Below the pieces are notes generated by a model. That model did not search any database, was not told the origin of the DNA, and saw only the letters and a list, made by a program, of their open reading frames with translations. From NCBI RefSeq assembly GCF_033153115.1, contig NW_026889803.1:55986001-56050000 (forward strand): a DNA stretch of 64,000 bases. Direction: 5' to 3'. This document shows, piece after piece, positions 61,223-64,000 of this stretch (positions are counted from its first letter, which is position 1; the number at the start of each line of letters is the position of its first letter). This DNA is from Saccostrea echinata. Lineage: Eukaryota. Made by a program: the position numbers and the translations under genes.

Positions 61223-64000
61223 GACTATCCTTTCACCTCGTCGTTTGTCTGATTCTCATGGCAGATAAGGTGATCGGATTCACGTAACACACACTTCAGG
61301 ATCTTGTCACACGGCACTTGTTTTCCACTCCTCAAATTAGTGTGCAAAACTTCTAAGAATATGTTGAAATTTCTTGTTTACGTCAATTATTCGGATTTCC
61401 TGTTAGTTGTTTCTTTCTCTCCCTTTAAAACTCAGACAGTTTTATTTGTAACCAATATTATATGAATCATAAATAAGCCTAGATACCTAACATGAAAATA
61501 GAAATTGAAACCGGAAGCAGTTTGCTAGTTATTGAACTTCTCCGCTGTTGCAGATTGTCCAGTGCATGCACTTTTGAGACCGTTGATGTAAAGCAAGAGA
61601 GTCCATTACACAAGTAATTTTTATTTAAAAAAAAATCATTGTTTTCTTTTTTAGAATGTTTAGAATTCCATGATTTCCCCCTTTAAACGATATTGCTGGA
61701 TAACGTGCACCTGCCGTTCGAATTTCCTCATACTTTGAATCCAGCACACTTGGTCTTCTAGATGTGGCATACTTATTGTATGATTTATTCTTTCTCAACA
61801 ATTTAATGCTATGATGAGTTAATGCTAAACTATATTTACACTCGTGTGTAAATCTCGTATCTCAAATCTCATATTTGTGTTCTTTAATATAAACAGGTTG
61901 GGCACAGCCCACCAAACGGTCATTTTACTCCCGTTTGGTGGTCAATCTCCCATATCGGAGTCGATATTTACTGACCATTTGGGAGAGAAAAATGTTTGTG
62001 TTCAATTCAATAGAATGGCGCATAATTTTAAACAATGTGGAATAAAATATAGATATTGATCGGTGTTCTGAATGAAAAAAATCGGAAATTCAATGTGCAA
62101 TTTTTTGCGCAGTCGTTCAAAAATTTGACAAAATCGTCACATACGTAAACAAGTGCAACGTTTCTCCGCTTTTACTTATAAAGAAAAATTCCCGCCAAAT
62201 CCTCAACGATGTTGCGCCTGTGAAACATGTTCCTTACTTTCTACTTTGATTATCCGGACAACCAATCAATAATGTAAACCATATGATCTTTTTTTAACCT
62301 GGTCAAAAGTCGGATTTAACTACGGAGGCACATTGATTTTAAAATTAGGAAATAAAAAGAAAAATAAGTTTTCGTTTTTTTTTTCATTTCATTTTGTACG
62401 CAATGGCTTTGTTCTTTACAAAAATAGACTTATCGCAAATCTCACTTGAAAGTATAGACTACGACAGAAATAGCGTTGCATTGAATGATGACACTATTGG
62501 ATTTGACAATTGAACAATTTGTATCACGGGTTACATTCTATAAAATATGCGTTTTAATTGGTTGATTAAGACCCGCCACTCTTGTGTGGTATCTTTTGCC
62601 TGTATATAGTTGGAAAGCATTCAACAGCCTAGCAAATAGCCATGTTTGATGGTCAAAAAGAGATGTTGACTTTTTTGAACTAAATAAAAGAAACAAACCA
62701 TGAAATCCTATTTCAGCATGTGACATTCCTTTCACAGATGGTACATGCATATTCTTCAGTGACACACACATTTATATATTTGCCGATTTCCTCTGCAATA
62801 AATTGACATTCGGTGGCATTTTCCATTTTCAGTTTTCGTTAAATTGAATAGTCTGTGCGACTTTTCAGCGCACTTAAAATCACTCTCTGGTTTAGTCCTT
62901 AGGGATTGTAAACAAGTAAACTATTACATTGGTTAGGCAAACCCAAGCAAATTGAAAACTCTGGTATTATTGTAAAGCATACCCAGCGGATACCAGAGCA
63001 CATGTTATTGAAAAAAATATTTTATTATTCTAAAGTTTACTGTTTTATTGCCACAAATGTCAAAAAATACCATATTTCAAATGTTTCTGTGCTACTGCAT
63101 ACCCATTTTAACGGCCGTCATGGCAATAAACAGGCCACTTAAAAAAAATCGAAATCCCTGTTTTATTTTCAGTGCAATTTTTACTTTAACAACGAATATT
63201 ATTTATATATTCATTATAAAATAATAAAAATCTTATAGGCCTACACTTGCATGTTAAAAAATAAATAATAAAACAATATTCACTGAATCTAAGTACGTTT
63301 AATTTTATTGATGAACTGATGTACTGAAGAAGAAAATGGGGAAAACGGCTATGTTTTTCGATCGCTGCCCGGGGTACATGTGTATCAAGTCAATTCCTGC
63401 CAGCCCTGGCACAGATTTTATTTGCAAGACAATTTTACAGTTTACCAACAATCACAATTTTATAATAAGGTATTGCATCATCCCACTTCTTCACCAAAAG
63501 AAAATACCTCAGTATTAAAGCACAACTTTTTTGCCCGTTTTCTATCTTTCTTGGAAACATTCCACGTTTTCGGCAATACATTTTGAGAATGTGGCGGACC
63601 TATAAAAAATGCACCAATCAGATTCTTTCTTGGATTTCGCAGTTGTATGTCAGTCAGATTTAATTGTATTTCAGTCAAATTCAGTAGTGTCGTCACTCAA
63701 CACACATCACTATTTCGGTTGTAGTGTATACATTCAAGCAAGATTTGCGATAAGTATACAGTGAGATTATGATATACCTAATTATTGTTTTAAAACAATG
63801 TACTTGGAATAAAAACAAGCATAATTGCAACTGCCACTTTGTAAATCTTTTATTTATCAAATATATTAAATTCATCAGTAATATGCATATTAAACTACAA
63901 ATGGTCGCATGGAATTTGCAATTTCATTCTAAAAGAAAAATAACAACAAGTATTACATTCAAGTCTAATAAAAATTGAATTTTATAGCAATAAGTGCCCA

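Noticed and set aside
61600-64000. Possible gene or autonomous transposon upstream of the zinc-finger gene
   Set aside because: Only short ORFs, no recognisable domain, termini or splice chain that I could support.

Overview
AT-rich animal genomic DNA, most likely a bivalve and probably an oyster. That assignment is an inference from pearl/HINE-type elements and ~165-bp Cg170-like repeats. I assembled six protein-coding genes by hand from GT-AG junctions and reading frame. They are a SKAP1/2-family adaptor (-, 916-11689), an intronless RhoA-like GTPase nested in its intron 2 (-, 5781-6410), PQLC1/SLC66A2 (-, 13684-19419), MARCHF6 (-, 24003-40760), WDR88 (+, 41060-55691, divergent from MARCHF6 across 299 bp) and a BCL11/ZNF296-like zinc-finger gene (-, 57111-61222). 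Introns are full of non-autonomous transposons. The most unusual signal is that in three different genes a 38-51-bp minisatellite is seeded exactly on an exon/5'-splice-site junction. Each array gives 4-14 repeated donor-site copies downstream of the true donor, and read-through meets a stop codon in every case. Also notable are the nested Rho with N41T and C16T substitutions and an immediate-early-like promoter, and two miniature LTR elements whose LTRs carry a tRNA-Thr-like sequence. No database searches were run, so protein family calls come from recalled motifs.
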